This document shows, piece by piece, positions 48,801 through 61,233 of a DNA stretch of 64,000 nt. Position 1 is the stretch's first letter; each line of letters begins with the position of its first letter. The DNA comes from Perna viridis (lineage: Eukaryota), in the NCBI GenBank assembly GCA_037379345.1, contig CM074512.1, positions 46,831,597 through 46,895,596 on the forward strand, given 5' to 3'. The notes beneath the pieces were generated by a model. It searched no databases. It was not told where the DNA came from and saw only the letters and a program-made list of their open reading frames with translations. A program made the position numbers and the translations under genes.

Positions 48801-51577
48801 AATGAAAATAAGTTCCTACTATACAGGTGTATGTGTCACTTAGGACATTATATTACATGGTTATCAAGACTGTGAAATTCATCACAAGAAAGACTTTATT
48901 TTGACAAAGCTTTTAACAAATATTGGTACATGAAGTTGAGAAAGATCAATTTCAAATCATCAAAAATTAAACTGTAAACTTTATCAATACAGTCACACAT
49001 ACATGTATTCAGTATTCACAATATTTTACTCACATAAAATCTATTACTGTTTAGGACTTAAACCAATTAAAAATAATTTCTCATATTTTAGGGTAACAAG
49101 CAAATGAAACACCTTCCTTACCATTTATTGTGTCCATGAAACAATGTCGAAACACCCTAACAGGGGTAAAAATTAGGAAATACATGCTGGTAGCCCATAC
49201 CACGTTTTCTATATGTTCAACTAAATTTCACCCAAAAGGTTGGGTAGCCAAGCTGAAAATCTAGTAGCCATGGACTACTGGGTGACTGCAAATTTTTATC
49301 CCTGCCTTATCACTTCTTGGGAACAATAAAGAAGTAAAAAGAAATGTCTCCCTTCGCCATAGCCTTTCATGAAAAATAACCTGAGAATCAAAGCCTTTAT
49401 ATTCAACTTCCTTAGCTATATATACATGTTTATAAACAATAAAGGTAATAGTTAAGAGAGATATATAGATCCAACTAACCTGTTTGTGGACATTTATATC
49501 TGAGGTTGTAGGTTGTTCACCAGTTGTGTACCAGCCCAAGAAATCCATGTCACTAAACACCTGTTTAACTTTAAAATACAGAATTGAAAATTTAAAAATA
49601 GCTAATACTGAAGTTGGATCACACAAATTAACATGACCTACATAATTTTTACTTCTTGTCTAAGTCAAGACCTCAAGTTGAGGAAAGATATAAAGCATCT
49701 AATGTAAGAAAAAAAAGATACTAAAGAGAAGTGTAGCAATTGATTGGAGTACCTGTATATTAAGTGTTTTGACAAAAAGGATGTAAAGGTAACCATGGTA
49801 ACTTTTTTGTATATTTATATATTACATATTTTAATGTATTTAAAGACAAGAATGGAGTTCAATATGATTAAAACCTAATTAAAAACATCTATATAAAATT
49901 TCTTTCAAATACAGCACAAAATGTATAAAATATTAAATACTGTTATTTAACATCTAATGAAATTTACTAAATTACACATATAGATATATATATATACATA
50001 CACTGCTCCTCTTTCGTGTTATAATACTCCATATTTATAATGATTTCATCTTCAATTCTGTCAAACAACAATTCAAATGAATTCATCACCTCAATATTTC
50101 TTCCTTTCTGTTTTCCAATTACTGCACCGAGCACTAAATTAGAAATTCCATGAAAAAATTTAAGGAAAAATCAGTAAAATCAAGAAAACAAATGGTTTAA
50201 TACAGGTGCTTGCGTAATAAGAATGTTAAATGTACACATGTGGTGACTCATGCTCATGTGCATATAGATTGAAAAGTCCATTTTTCTTCATCCCGCTATT
50301 GGTACTATATTGGATAATTTTCTCACTGTATTTCTTTTTATCTTTATAACATTGACTGTGGACACTAACATGTGTACAATATACATATACAATTAATACA
50401 ATTAACACTGACAAATAGCTATGGTAAACCTGCAAGGTCACACTTAAATCCTAAATGGTAAAGAAATAAAAAAAAATGGTATATTATACTATTAAACATT
50501 ATAATAATGAAAATTCTGATCTGATATATCATGGGTCTAGATAAACAGCTGCAAGATACATGTAGCACAAAGTGGTTTCCAGCACATGAACAAACTCAAA
50601 CACCCTCAATTTCAGGACATCACCATGAAACATCAGGCTTAAGAGCAGCTCTATGTCAAAGACTATACATGTATTCTTGGGGTATGAACTTATGTTTCTT
50701 CAGAAGTACTTATTTTCAGGATGTTTCTGTCTCATATTATCATTTGTTTAATTTCATTGAGTGTAAAAATTGTTACATGACTAGATTATTTATTTTCATA
50801 ATATACTTAATGGGTTGTATTATCAACTGGGTCTACCATACTTATTGTTAGCTGCGAAATCATAGCTCATGATCTTTTTTTTTTTTTGATTTTGCAATCT
50901 AGGAAAATACAAAAAAAATAGTTAGAGCTACGTTTCGCAGCTGACTTATCGTCAGAAAAATCATCAATATCCAGTTTGCATAAAATATCAAGAGCTTAAA
51001 AAATAGTTTAATGATAGTTCCATTTTGAAAAACCATAATTCCTTACAAATCCTGGACATTTTGGCCCATAGTCATTTCAGACCATGACAATTAGGAGAAA
51101 GTATTTATAATTACGACAATTAAAACCATATATCAAGAATTTTTTCATATTGGAGGGTAAGAATAATATATCAGGGTAGCAAAAAATTATGAAGGGTGTT
51201 TTGAATTTATATTATATATTTTTTCAGGAGTCTTTCAGGGTTTCATCTGTAGTGAAATATGGAAGCCAAACATTTTGTTCTACATGTAAGTATTGGAACA
51301 CAGTCACTTGTTTATATCAATAATAGGGCTTTAATGTCCACAAGTACGTGTTGATAGATAAGCCCGATTATTTCAATGATAGGATAATTAGATTTAAAAG
51401 AAAAAATAATATTAATAAACCTTGAGTTGGTCTTCCTTCCTGAGCTCGAACTCTGGTCCAATGCTCTGAAATATTCATGATGACAAGTGGATGTAACGAT
51501 ACTGACACACTTCCAGATGCGTTTGTAGAGGCCATTACTCCGCCAGAAGGGCTGTCAATTTCCATTTTCGATGCCAT
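42868..51577 (-). CDS. COPS6: COP9 signalosome subunit 6 (MPN domain)
   Basis: Exons (minus): 51577-51421, 50133-50002, 49568-49480, 48736-48674, 48325-48275, 46765-46651, 46288-46196, 45276-45176, 44117-44049, 42939-42868. Motifs: [106 protein letters not shown]. Confidence 0.95.
47222..47341. repeat. Near-perfect 120-bp hairpin (MITE-like) in COPS6 intron 5
   Basis: ccttttcacaaaaaatcgtaagtgtaaaattagtcgtaagttatgatgtcataata / tattgtgatgtcacaacttacaactaattttactcttgcgattttttgtgaaaagg. Confidence 0.85.
50847..50945. mobile_element. Short TIR element in COPS6 intron 1
   Basis: gttagctgcgaaatcatagctc ... gagctacgtttcgcagctgac inverted termini. Confidence 0.65.
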
Positions 51578-51599
51578 TCTATTCCTGTGAATATTATCA

Positions 51600-52030
51600 A
51601 CAATTTTTTTACAGGAAATAATATAAAGGGAATTAACTCATACAAGATATATCTTAATACCTAAAAACTCATTTGTCCAACGATCAAATGTAAGAAAAAA
51701 TTAAATAAAAAATGTCCCTTTCTTTACTACATGAACCATTAAATTGGTATTATTTTTTATGCTTGAGCAATTTGATCGTACTTTTGCTCTGCGTTTGTCT
51801 GAAGATATTGTAATATTTCCTGAATTGGAACACTCTTGTACCGACTTTGTTTCATATAAATCGAAGTCATTCCTGCGCTTGTTTTGAAGACCAATTTACT
51901 TCCTGGTTGGAACTGTTATGAATAGATGAGTAAATATTATGCTAAACCCTTGAAATATTCGAAGTTTTGGACATTGCATACAAATACTTTAAATAATTGC
52001 CTTATCACAAGGCCTTTGCAGGTATATCGA
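51600..52030. promoter_or_regulatory. Probable bidirectional promoter between COPS6 and DIPK2
   Basis: Divergent genes, each with an acceptor just upstream of its ATG (about 51585 minus, 53743 plus), which implies non-coding first exons. Donor candidates at about 51781 (minus) and 52022 (plus). ETS-type ACTTCCTGGT at about 51898. Confidence 0.5.
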
Positions 52031-53826
52031 AGTACAAGCATTAAGAATATACACCACATTTCTAGACTAAAGTAAAGAGGTGAAAGATATACATTGCAGC
52101 TTTATCCTGTTTTTAACCTACAGACTTATCATTTTGCCAAGTTTGTTTAGAATTTTTTCATCAGTAATTTAATAGGGAGAAGGCAAAGGACATTAAACTT
52201 CAGTATTTTCAGTGGTTAAAGGCCAAATTAAAAGCACTTCAGGGGTCAAATTGCATAGATTTGAACAAGTTGTACAGTGCAGCTCACAGCATAGTCTGAT
52301 AAATACTTGGCATGCTACATATGAATCCTTCAAAATAGATTCTGTAATTTTGCAGTATACAACTCATTAATTGGTTAATAAATTCTAGTGTCTCAGGTAA
52401 GATTTACCTGTTCACATGAACAGGTGATAGTAGGAAAAGTAATGTACATGTGCCTGTAAGTAAAATTTTGACTTTTAATTACTGCTTAGTGTGTGTAAAA
52501 GTATTCTAATATGCCAATATAAGAAAAATGGTATTATTTTTCGAAAATACAAATCGGTCAAAAATTCAATTTTATGACAAAATCTGTTGAATTACATGTA
52601 TATTGATCAAATTTTTTTTTAGAGTAAATATTAGTATGAATACTATTTATTTTTGGATTATTTTTGTCAGTTAAAATCAAATGCTCATGGACATATTAAG
52701 TTTAAATTTAAGAAAGTGTAAAGTTTTTTTTATATGAGTGTAATTACACATAAAGTGTAATTTATCTTCCAATACAATTAAGTGTGCATTTTTGACAGAT
52801 TCTTTTACTGTCAGTGAAATCATTTGCTTGTCTTTGTCATTTATTTTTCTCTTATGGCAACCAGTTTCTGTCTTGAGTGAATGTGTGGTTACTTATTCGA
52901 AATTTTGTTAAGGTAATTCACTTTTCTTGATTCTTAATATTTTTCCACAGTCCTGGTTATAAAATTTTTTAATATCAGAAATGATATTCTAAACCTTGCA
53001 TACAATGTACACATCAGTCATCACATGTGCAACTGGTCATTGAATTTGCTTTAGTATTACCTCTTTGTATCAAGAACTTTAATACCTTTGTAACTTTATC
53101 TTTACCAACTTCTAGATAAGTCAATGACTTCTGTCACCTCTTATTAAGTATTTATAATGTGACTTATTGTACCCTTACATGTAACAGTCCATTAAAAACT
53201 CTTTTAGTAGATATCTGTATCCACATTCATGTAACATCTAACTTCAATAAATGTCACAACATTATGATTTGAACTTACAATACTGGTTTAGACAATAGAC
53301 AAGATAGGAATCTTGTGTAATTTTACACAGATCATATGTTGATATGTTGGAAGGAAAAGAGAATTAGCATGAGTACCAATAGTGCAATTTACAGAGGATG
53401 TGCATGAATTGATTGAATGGAGGAATTTTTCATTGCTTCATCATCACTGCAACAAGTATTTATATGTTTATAAAGTCATACTGGTGTTTTTTTTTAATAT
53501 AACTGTTCTTAATGAAACATCAACTATAGGACACCTACATGTAGCTTAAATTTCTTCTATACCTGCAACCCTCAGCCTCCTCTTTCTTGTTTGGATATTG
53601 TCGCACCTTCATTTGTACATGCACCTGGTTGATTCAGGATTCATTTTCCTGTAAAAAATGTCATTTTTTATTGAAGTTTTTAGTATAAAGTACAGTAGTT
53701 ATAGTACATTGAAATTCAATAATGATATTATTTTCTTTTTCAGAAACCCCCAATGTCACTGCTTTTGCAACAGATTAAGATTGGTTAAGACTGCTTTGTA
53801 TCTATGTACATGTTCCTGAGCAGTAC

Positions 53827-56800
53827 ATGTTAAAGTGTCACAATATTGACAAAATGTTACCCCATAGCATAAGAAACAGGAAAAGCAACTCAGCACAAAC
53901 ATTGTCAAATGTCAAGATGGTGATGTCAGATACTGCAATAAAAATCAGGAGACTTCCATTAAAAGTTAAATGTTTTATGGCAATGACTGCTTTCACATCA
54001 TTCTATATCTATGGAAGGTTACTTTGGTCATTGACTACAAATCATCTAAAAGAGGAACTATATTTACAAACAGACAAATGTCCGGCCTGCTTTGGACATA
54101 GCATGTGTACAGCTCTCAAAAGTGAGCGTATAAAGTTTACGGGTTGGTCTAGAGTCCGACTGTTAGATATGGTGAATATTAAAAATGTTCACACAGGGCT
54201 GGATGTTGACAGTGAGGATCAGGTTATTATAAAGAAGTTGGCACATAATAAAGAATTTGAAACTGTCGATGAGAAGATTTGTAAAGATGCCAATCGTCCA
54301 AAAGGATGTGATGTAGCCAGAGTTTTACAGATCACAAATACAGGAGATGAAATCAGAAGACTTGGTCTAATGCCTAAACATTTAGAAAAAGTAAATCACA
54401 TGTTTTCTTGTCCAACATACAGCATGTTAGACAGAGTGTTGAAGTATTACAAGGAGAAGCTGAAGCCAGATTCTCCTCAATATTTTACCAGAGATAAACT
54501 ACAGGTTTTTGCTACTGCTTTGATAAATCCAGAACCTCTGATGCTGCAGGTAAGGTTTACTGATTAAAAAATGATTATGTGTTCTTAGAAAGTTTGTTCC
54601 CTAAGGACAGTTTTTGGTGATTAGGGGTATAGGGGTCCTATTTTCCTTAAATACATATTAATGCTGACATGATCCACATTCAAATTTGCTTTAAATGTTC
54701 TAGAGTGACTCTTTACTAGGATTAGCTTGCTTTGTTCAAAATCTGTATGGAACACTTGGAGGTTACCAACAGCAAAATCTTCTTTAAAGTTGATAGTAAT
54801 TACATGTATCCCTTTATTGAAGAATTGAAAAGATAGTTTTATAATTATAGTTGTGCATGTATCATACAAATTTGGAAAAATGCAGACTGTAATTGTTGAC
54901 CAATCTTATACATGTATTAGCAAAATCACCTCAGAAAAATAGCTTTACATAGTCTCTGTACTTATCTAGTATTTATCTGCATATTGTAAGTATTTGATTT
55001 TACAAAGTACTTGTTACATATAATTTTATATACATTTTTTGTATAACAGTCTAACTTGTAATCTGCAGCTAAAATGGTAAAACTTGAGTTGAAAGGTATC
55101 CTGAAAACAGATAGCTGAAATGATTGAAAGAAGTGAGAATCAGTGAAAAAGAAAAGGTTTTGTCATGACACAACTATTATAAACATTACACACAAATCCC
55201 ATTTCAAATAAAACATAAATGCATTTCTATTTCAGACATTCCCTGCCTCTGAAGGGTGGCCTTTTCCTACGTACTATGGTGCATGTGGTCGACATATAGT
55301 AGTCAGTTATGAAGGAGAACCCCTTCAAAAATATTTTAAAGAAACTTTTCAGAAAAGGGTATGAAATAAGAATACAATAGGACAAGAATTTTTTTTTATG
55401 AGGAAGTAGTTAGTTATTGTCTACCTTCGTGTTATATTCATGTGCATGCAAATTGACAGTTTAAGTGTAGCGATTTATAAAAAAGTAAGGAAGTGGGATT
55501 CACAGCAGAAAAAAAACAAGAAATTAGATAGAGTTTTGGATTGAGATCAACTCAAAAATAAATAAATGTTGATGGTGTTTTGAATAGATATTGATCTGTT
55601 CATAAAAAAATAAAGATTATATTGAACACATTATGATGGGGAGATAACTCTTAAAACTGAAAATATTTAACTATGAATATCTCTCTTGTCCAATTTAATT
55701 TTTTTCAAGAAAACTGACTGCATATAATGTATTTTTTAGAGTGTAGGATATTTTTTTTTTCATTGAATCACTGTTGTCTTGGTACCTACTTGGTTTTAGA
55801 AATAGCTGTTCTTTACATTGTATATAAACCAATTTGATATTTTTTTTACACATATATCAATCAAATTTGCTACAAATTTAAGGTTATCAACCCTTCAACC
55901 TCAAACCCAGCAACAATAACACAAACTATACTGTATTTATCAAAATTGTAATTTGTCAAGTACAATATAATTTAAATTAAATGGCATTTGAAATTTACCA
56001 TTACAATGGTTCAGATTTATGTTTATTATTTTGATATTCTGATATCTATTTATAGGCTGATATAGCTTACCAGATAATGAAAATAGCTGACAGATTGAAT
56101 AATCAGGGAGGGCAGTATGCTCTGTACTGGACTGATCTGAACTTTGAGAATTTGGTGGTAGATATTGTAGGAAAAGTAACTCTGGTTGACCTTGAAGATA
56201 TTATTGTTGTTGATAGGGAAGCTATTGCTAGAAGTAGGTATTTTAAATTCAAATCATGAAAAACTATTGTGTGAGAAGTATTCAAAACTCTTTAGTTAAA
56301 AAAACATAGAGGATACAATAAACAATATACTGAAACCAATACAAAACTGAAAAACTAAAAATAAATGAGCAACTTAGACTTCCATAAAATTTGCTGTGAG
56401 TGCACCTAAGAACTCATTATTTTTTAAAGATTTTTACCAACATATAAAAGCACTAGATCAATTTGAGAAAGAGGAACATACTTGTACAGGCTTATAAGAT
56501 TTATGATACCACAAACTAATTGTAAGGAATACTGAAAATTGTTGTGGTATGTTGGCCATTTAAGATAAAATCAAAACAAATATGTGCCAGTCGAACTAAC
56601 AAAACTGACACTTTCCAAGAACTGTGCTGTAGATAGGAGGAAATAAACATGGATTAAGAAAGCTGATCGGAAATTATAATACATGTATATACCTTATTGA
56701 AAGTGATATAATTCAAATCTTTTAAAAATATTAGTACAATGTATGTTTTTTTTGCATTTGTAGCAAAGCCAAGAAAGAATTGGGATGAACTTTATGAAAG

Positions 56801-57143
56801 TCAGTTTGATCATTGTGATGGTAAAAACTGTTTGTCATTTTCCCCTGATGATCTATGTTCTCATGTGAACTCAGATCATAATTACTACGCAGCATGTAGA
56901 AACATTCTATCAGAGTATGCCAATGAACCTGCCATGGGTCTAATGGGTGGTTTACTCCATAATATGCCTAATTATGCCAAAGACGATTGGGATCTTGAAA
57001 ATTTACTTCATGAATGTGTGCATGGACCATCGCCAGAAAGTAGAATTAAAGTTAAGAGTAAACTGATTGATGCATTAGATAACCTTCGAAATGTAATGGA
57101 TAAGAATGATTTAGCCAAGGGGAAAAGATTGCATGACAAATGA
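53827..57143 (+). CDS. DIPK2A: Divergent protein kinase domain 2 family protein (DIA1/C3orf58-like)
   Basis: Exons 53827-54549, 55236-55358, 56056-56233, 56764-57143. Motifs: KCPACFG, NPEPLMLQTFPASEGWPFPTYYGACGR, ALYWTDLNFEN, VDLEDIIVVD, CLSFSPDDLC...DHNYYAAC, GGLLH. The start codon is uncertain (several in-frame ATGs). Probably co-orthologous to vertebrate DIPK2A and DIPK2B. Confidence 0.88.
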
Positions 57144-58796
57144 GTAAAATATGTAATGAGTTACAGTGTTCTTTGTAAGATTTACAGGTAGCATACTTTC
57201 CAATATAGCATCTTGCATCTAAATTTTTATAGCATCACATTTGTATTGGACCATATGGGAAGTTTGTCTCAGATAGCATCCTGATAAAAAATATATAGCA
57301 TCAGGGCAATGTTATGCTACATTGTAAATGGCCCAGGGGAGATCTCTTAGTTGAAAATATGCTATGTGTACAAAAACGTTTGAAGCAACTAGTCCAAAAG
57401 CTAGTTTACAAAAACTGATTTGGTAGTCCAAAACAAAATAATATTTGAGGGGTATATAATTTTATTCATTCTACCAAACAAGTCTTGTGAACATTCAATG
57501 ATTATGTGTTTACAAGAATAAATTGTTGGTAACAATTTGTCCATCAGAGCTAAAAGACTTCATCAGAATGAAAAAAATGCATAAAATGACATTTATTAGG
57601 AAACATTAGCTTTATCTGAAATCAATACATGGAAATTATTGTTTCTTCTTTGATGTTTTGTAGTATGATAAATTGGTAACATTTAAAAGGTTAATAAAAA
57701 AATTACACAAATTCAAACATATCCTTATCAATATTATCACAAAATATGTAAAATGAATAAAAGAACTGTTATTATAAGAAAGAAAAATGCACCTTAATAT
57801 TACTAATAAATGCCCATTTGTGTATATAGTATGCCAATAATTTTATTGTTAGATATTTTTATACATTTTATTTTGAAGCTGTTGTCACCACATTCTTTTT
57901 CTTGGTTGTGTTTTGTTGTTGGTTTTAGTGCTGTTCTATTTATATATCTTATATATCTGACTATCTTCAATTTGAAATAATATCAGTTGTGAAGATTAAT
58001 TAAACCTGTGTATGAATTATAAACAAGTAAAAAGTAGCCGCATTTTAAAGATAAAAATGGAACTGAATACAAATGACAAATAAAGCATGATTGAAAGAAG
58101 AAAAAATAGTTATGTCAGCAGTAATTCAAAAGTTTTAATTATTGTTTTGGGGGTATTTGTGGTCATTCATTCATTTCCATTTCTGGAGGAATTGTAGTTA
58201 ATCAGAGGGGATGCCTACATTAACACACAAAATACCCTATTTGGTATTCACTGTATTTGCTTTTAATTTACATACATTTTACACTCTTGATCCATATGTT
58301 TTACTGCAAACAGGGAAATTTTAGTGCCCTCTTTTTTTGGGGTTTCTGCTATAATCTCCTTTCCCACAGTTTTAAATTCACAATCGTTCATCAAATTGTG
58401 CTGTAATGGTCTTTGAAGAAAATATTCGAGACAGTATAGTTTTCGCATTATGGATCTTGTCATGAAAATAGTGAAAATAAAAGTGCTGTAAAAAATTTCA
58501 CTGTTTATAGTATAAAGAATACTTCTGTTGTTGTGTGTGGTGGATGATTTTACTTTTTCTTTTCTTTCCTCATTAAAATGATATACATTTTTTTATATAT
58601 GTACATGTGCATAATATATTCTTATACTCATTTGCATGTATGAATTTTCATAATGATTATACTGTGTAAGTAGTTTTTCTATTATCATTCATGATTGATG
58701 TGGATTTATATGACTAATTATTGAAGTTGTTGATAAAACATATCATTTTTCTGCCACTGCCTTTAGTTGTTGGGCATCAAATCTGTATTCACTTTT

Positions 58797-58995
58797 TCTA
58801 CACATATATGTGTGCAGAAGGGCATGTGTTTATCCCATTAATATTTGTCAGCTGAAACTTTGGTACCCTTCATAGGAATCATTTAAAATGCAATATAGAG
58901 TTGAGCATGATATGTTATTACCTTGTTGTACCATGTGAGTGACTACGGTACCATTTACACACATATCAACTTTCAGAGTGACAGCTATTATACTC
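58797..58995 (+). repeat. Dispersed repeat family B (second copy at about 62959-63151)
   Basis: tctacacatatatgtg...gcatgtgtt...aatatttgtcagct...ttgttgtaccat...tcagagtga is shared with 62959-63151. Confidence 0.7.
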
Positions 58996-58997
58996 TT

Positions 58998-59310
58998 CAT
59001 GAAAACTGATTTATTCAACGGGTCATGGTTTGCCTTTCCTCGTTTGTCTACCCCGGACTTGACTTTTTATGAGCAACTCGGCGGGTGTTTCTAGAAAAGC
59101 AGAGGACGCTTACCCTACCAGTGCACCTGGTCCATGCTCCCAGTTTTTAATGGAGTCCAATTTACTCATTTACTTCTGTTACTTTGTATGTATGATTTTA
59201 GTTACTTTATGTTCTTTGTTGTGTGTGTCTTTTTTCAATATCTGGTCTTTGTCCCTGGATTATATTCTTTTGATTACCGCTATAACCTTGGTTCCCTTGA
59301 TTACTCTTTC
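58998..59310 (+). mobile_element. 3'-terminal fragment of the same Penelope-like family
   Basis: Co-linear with 60930-61233 (atgaaaactgatttattcaac...gagcaactcggcgggtgtttctagaaaagcagaggacgcttaccctacc...ccttgattactct). Confidence 0.85.
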
Positions 59311-59839
59311 ATGTTATAATGGAAGATTCCTGTGCCATGACCTCATTTTGAATAGTTTTACTGTCTTCTATAGTGTCTTTGGGTTTTAAAAATCTTAAAA
59401 ATTCATTTTCAAAATGGACCTGGTTTAACTTTATTGCTCCTTTTCATAGTATATACCAACTCTTGGAAATATTTGCAGAATTTTATCTCAACAAACAAAA
59501 ATATTCCTATTAGGTTTACTGTATTAATTTCTATTTTATATATTTTCATTATTCTTTATGCTTAAGTATCGGAAGAGCTATTTGAATATTAAAGTACATG
59601 TCTATGTCATGTGACAAACTCATGTGAATATCTAAAGATATCAATCGCAAGACATGCTGTCATCCATAAATATTCAGACAACTTGACCACATGAATTTGT
59701 GTTTCTATTTAACAAATATTATATAACTATTCCCACATTTAAACACAAAATTAAAATGCAAATATTGAGAATTGAGACTGCATTAAGCCTAATGGGAATT
59801 TCTTAGGTCAGATGAGGTAAAATTATAATAATTTGTTTT

Positions 59840-60149
59840 GAAAGAGTAATCAAGGGAAGCAAGGTTATAGCGGTAATCGAAAGAATGTAATCCACGGACA
59901 AAGAACAGAGTCTGACATGGAAAACAGACACACACAACAAATAACATATAGTAAATCATACATACAAAGTAACAAAAGCAAATGAGCAACTCGGACTCCA
60001 CTAAAAACTGGGGGCATGGACCAGGTGCACCGGTAGGGCAAGCGTCCTCTACTTTTCTAGAAACACCCGCCGAGTTGCTTATAAAAAGTCCAAATCCGGG
60101 GAAGAGGAAACTATGACCCGTTGAATAAATCAGTTTTCATGGTGCAGAT
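59840..60149 (-). mobile_element. 3'-terminal fragment of the same Penelope-like family, inverted
   Basis: The reverse complement matches 58998-59310 along its whole length. Confidence 0.85.
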
Positions 60150-60351
60150 ATGGTTTGTGATAAACATAAATATTACATGAAATTTATGCCACTACCGTAT
60201 GTAAACTGAAACATATGATAATCATGCCTGATTCTTATGATAATCATATGTTGCAAACCATGATTCTCATGTCTTTGGCTACTTTTGGCTTTGTTGTCCT
60301 TTTGAGTTTGTTTTATAAATCTTCGAAAATATATTCATAACTCATTTGTTT

Positions 60352-61233
60352 CGGTCGGCATTCCAATGGGAACAAATAGTGCTCCTTTACTCGCTGACCT
60401 ATTCCTTCACTCTTATGAGGCTGACTTTATAGCTGATCCGAAAGAAGGAATATCATTTAGCTAGATCCTTTAATCTCAGTTTCCGCTTTATAGATGACGT
60501 ATTATCTTTAAACAATCGTAATTTCGTGGATTTGATACATCGCATCAACCCCAAAGAACTTGAGATAAAGGATACTACAGACACTGTCAAATCAGTCTCA
60601 TATCTTGACGTACACTTAGAAATCGATGGTAAAGGAAAACTATTGACCAAACTTTACGACAAACGTGATGACTTTCAATTCCAAATTATCAACTTTCCTT
60701 TCATCTGTGGCAGCATCCCTTCAGCACCTGCGTATGGAGTGTTCATATCACAACTCATACGTAATGCCAGAGCTTGCCGAGACTCCGCAGACTTTTTGTA
60801 TCGCGCTAGAACTCTAACAAATAGGCTTCTGGAACAGGGTTATGTTGCTACAAGGTTGAAGTCATCACTACAGAAGTTTTATGGTCGTCATCATGAACTC
60901 GTGGATCGTTATGGTGTATCCATCTGCACATAAAAACTGATTTATCCAACGTGTCATAGTTTTCCTTTCCTCTTTCGTTTACCCCGTACTTGACCTTTTA
61001 TGAGCAAGTCGGCGGATGTTTCTAGAAAAGCAGAGGACGCTAACGCTACCGGTGCACCTGGTCAATTCTCCCAGTTTTTTGTGGAGTCCGAGTTGCCCAT
61101 TTACTTTTGTTACTTTGTATGTATTATTTTGGTTATTTCATGTTCTTTTTTTCTGTGTCTGTTTTCCATGTCTGGTCTTTGTCCATGGATTACATTCTTT
61201 CGAATAGAATCTTGATTCCCTTGATTACTCTCT
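60352..61233 (+). mobile_element. 5'-truncated Penelope-like retroelement (RT C-terminal half plus 3' region)
   Basis: VGIPMGTN, FRFIDD, YLDVHLEIDG, KLYDKRDDF, PAYGVFISQLIR, LQKFYGRH. High nucleotide similarity to 30869-31241. No C-terminal GIY-YIG endonuclease follows the RT. Confidence 0.87.

Noticed and set aside
20830-51577. Functional cluster of CRL5 adaptors with the CRL regulator COPS6
   Set aside because: Norrin lies between them and COPS6 is a housekeeping gene; nothing in the sequence supports more than coincidence.
59066-59180. SECIS element in the PLE tail (ATGA...AAAA)
   Set aside because: ATGA-to-AA spacing is about 22 nt rather than 11-13, ATGA pairs Watson-Crick with TCAT instead of forming a GA quartet, and no in-frame UGA is visible.
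59069-59389. Hydrophobic ORFs at 59069, 59134, 59789, 61000 and 31187
   Set aside because: Translations of the T-rich non-coding tail of the Penelope-like repeat; frames are not conserved among copies.
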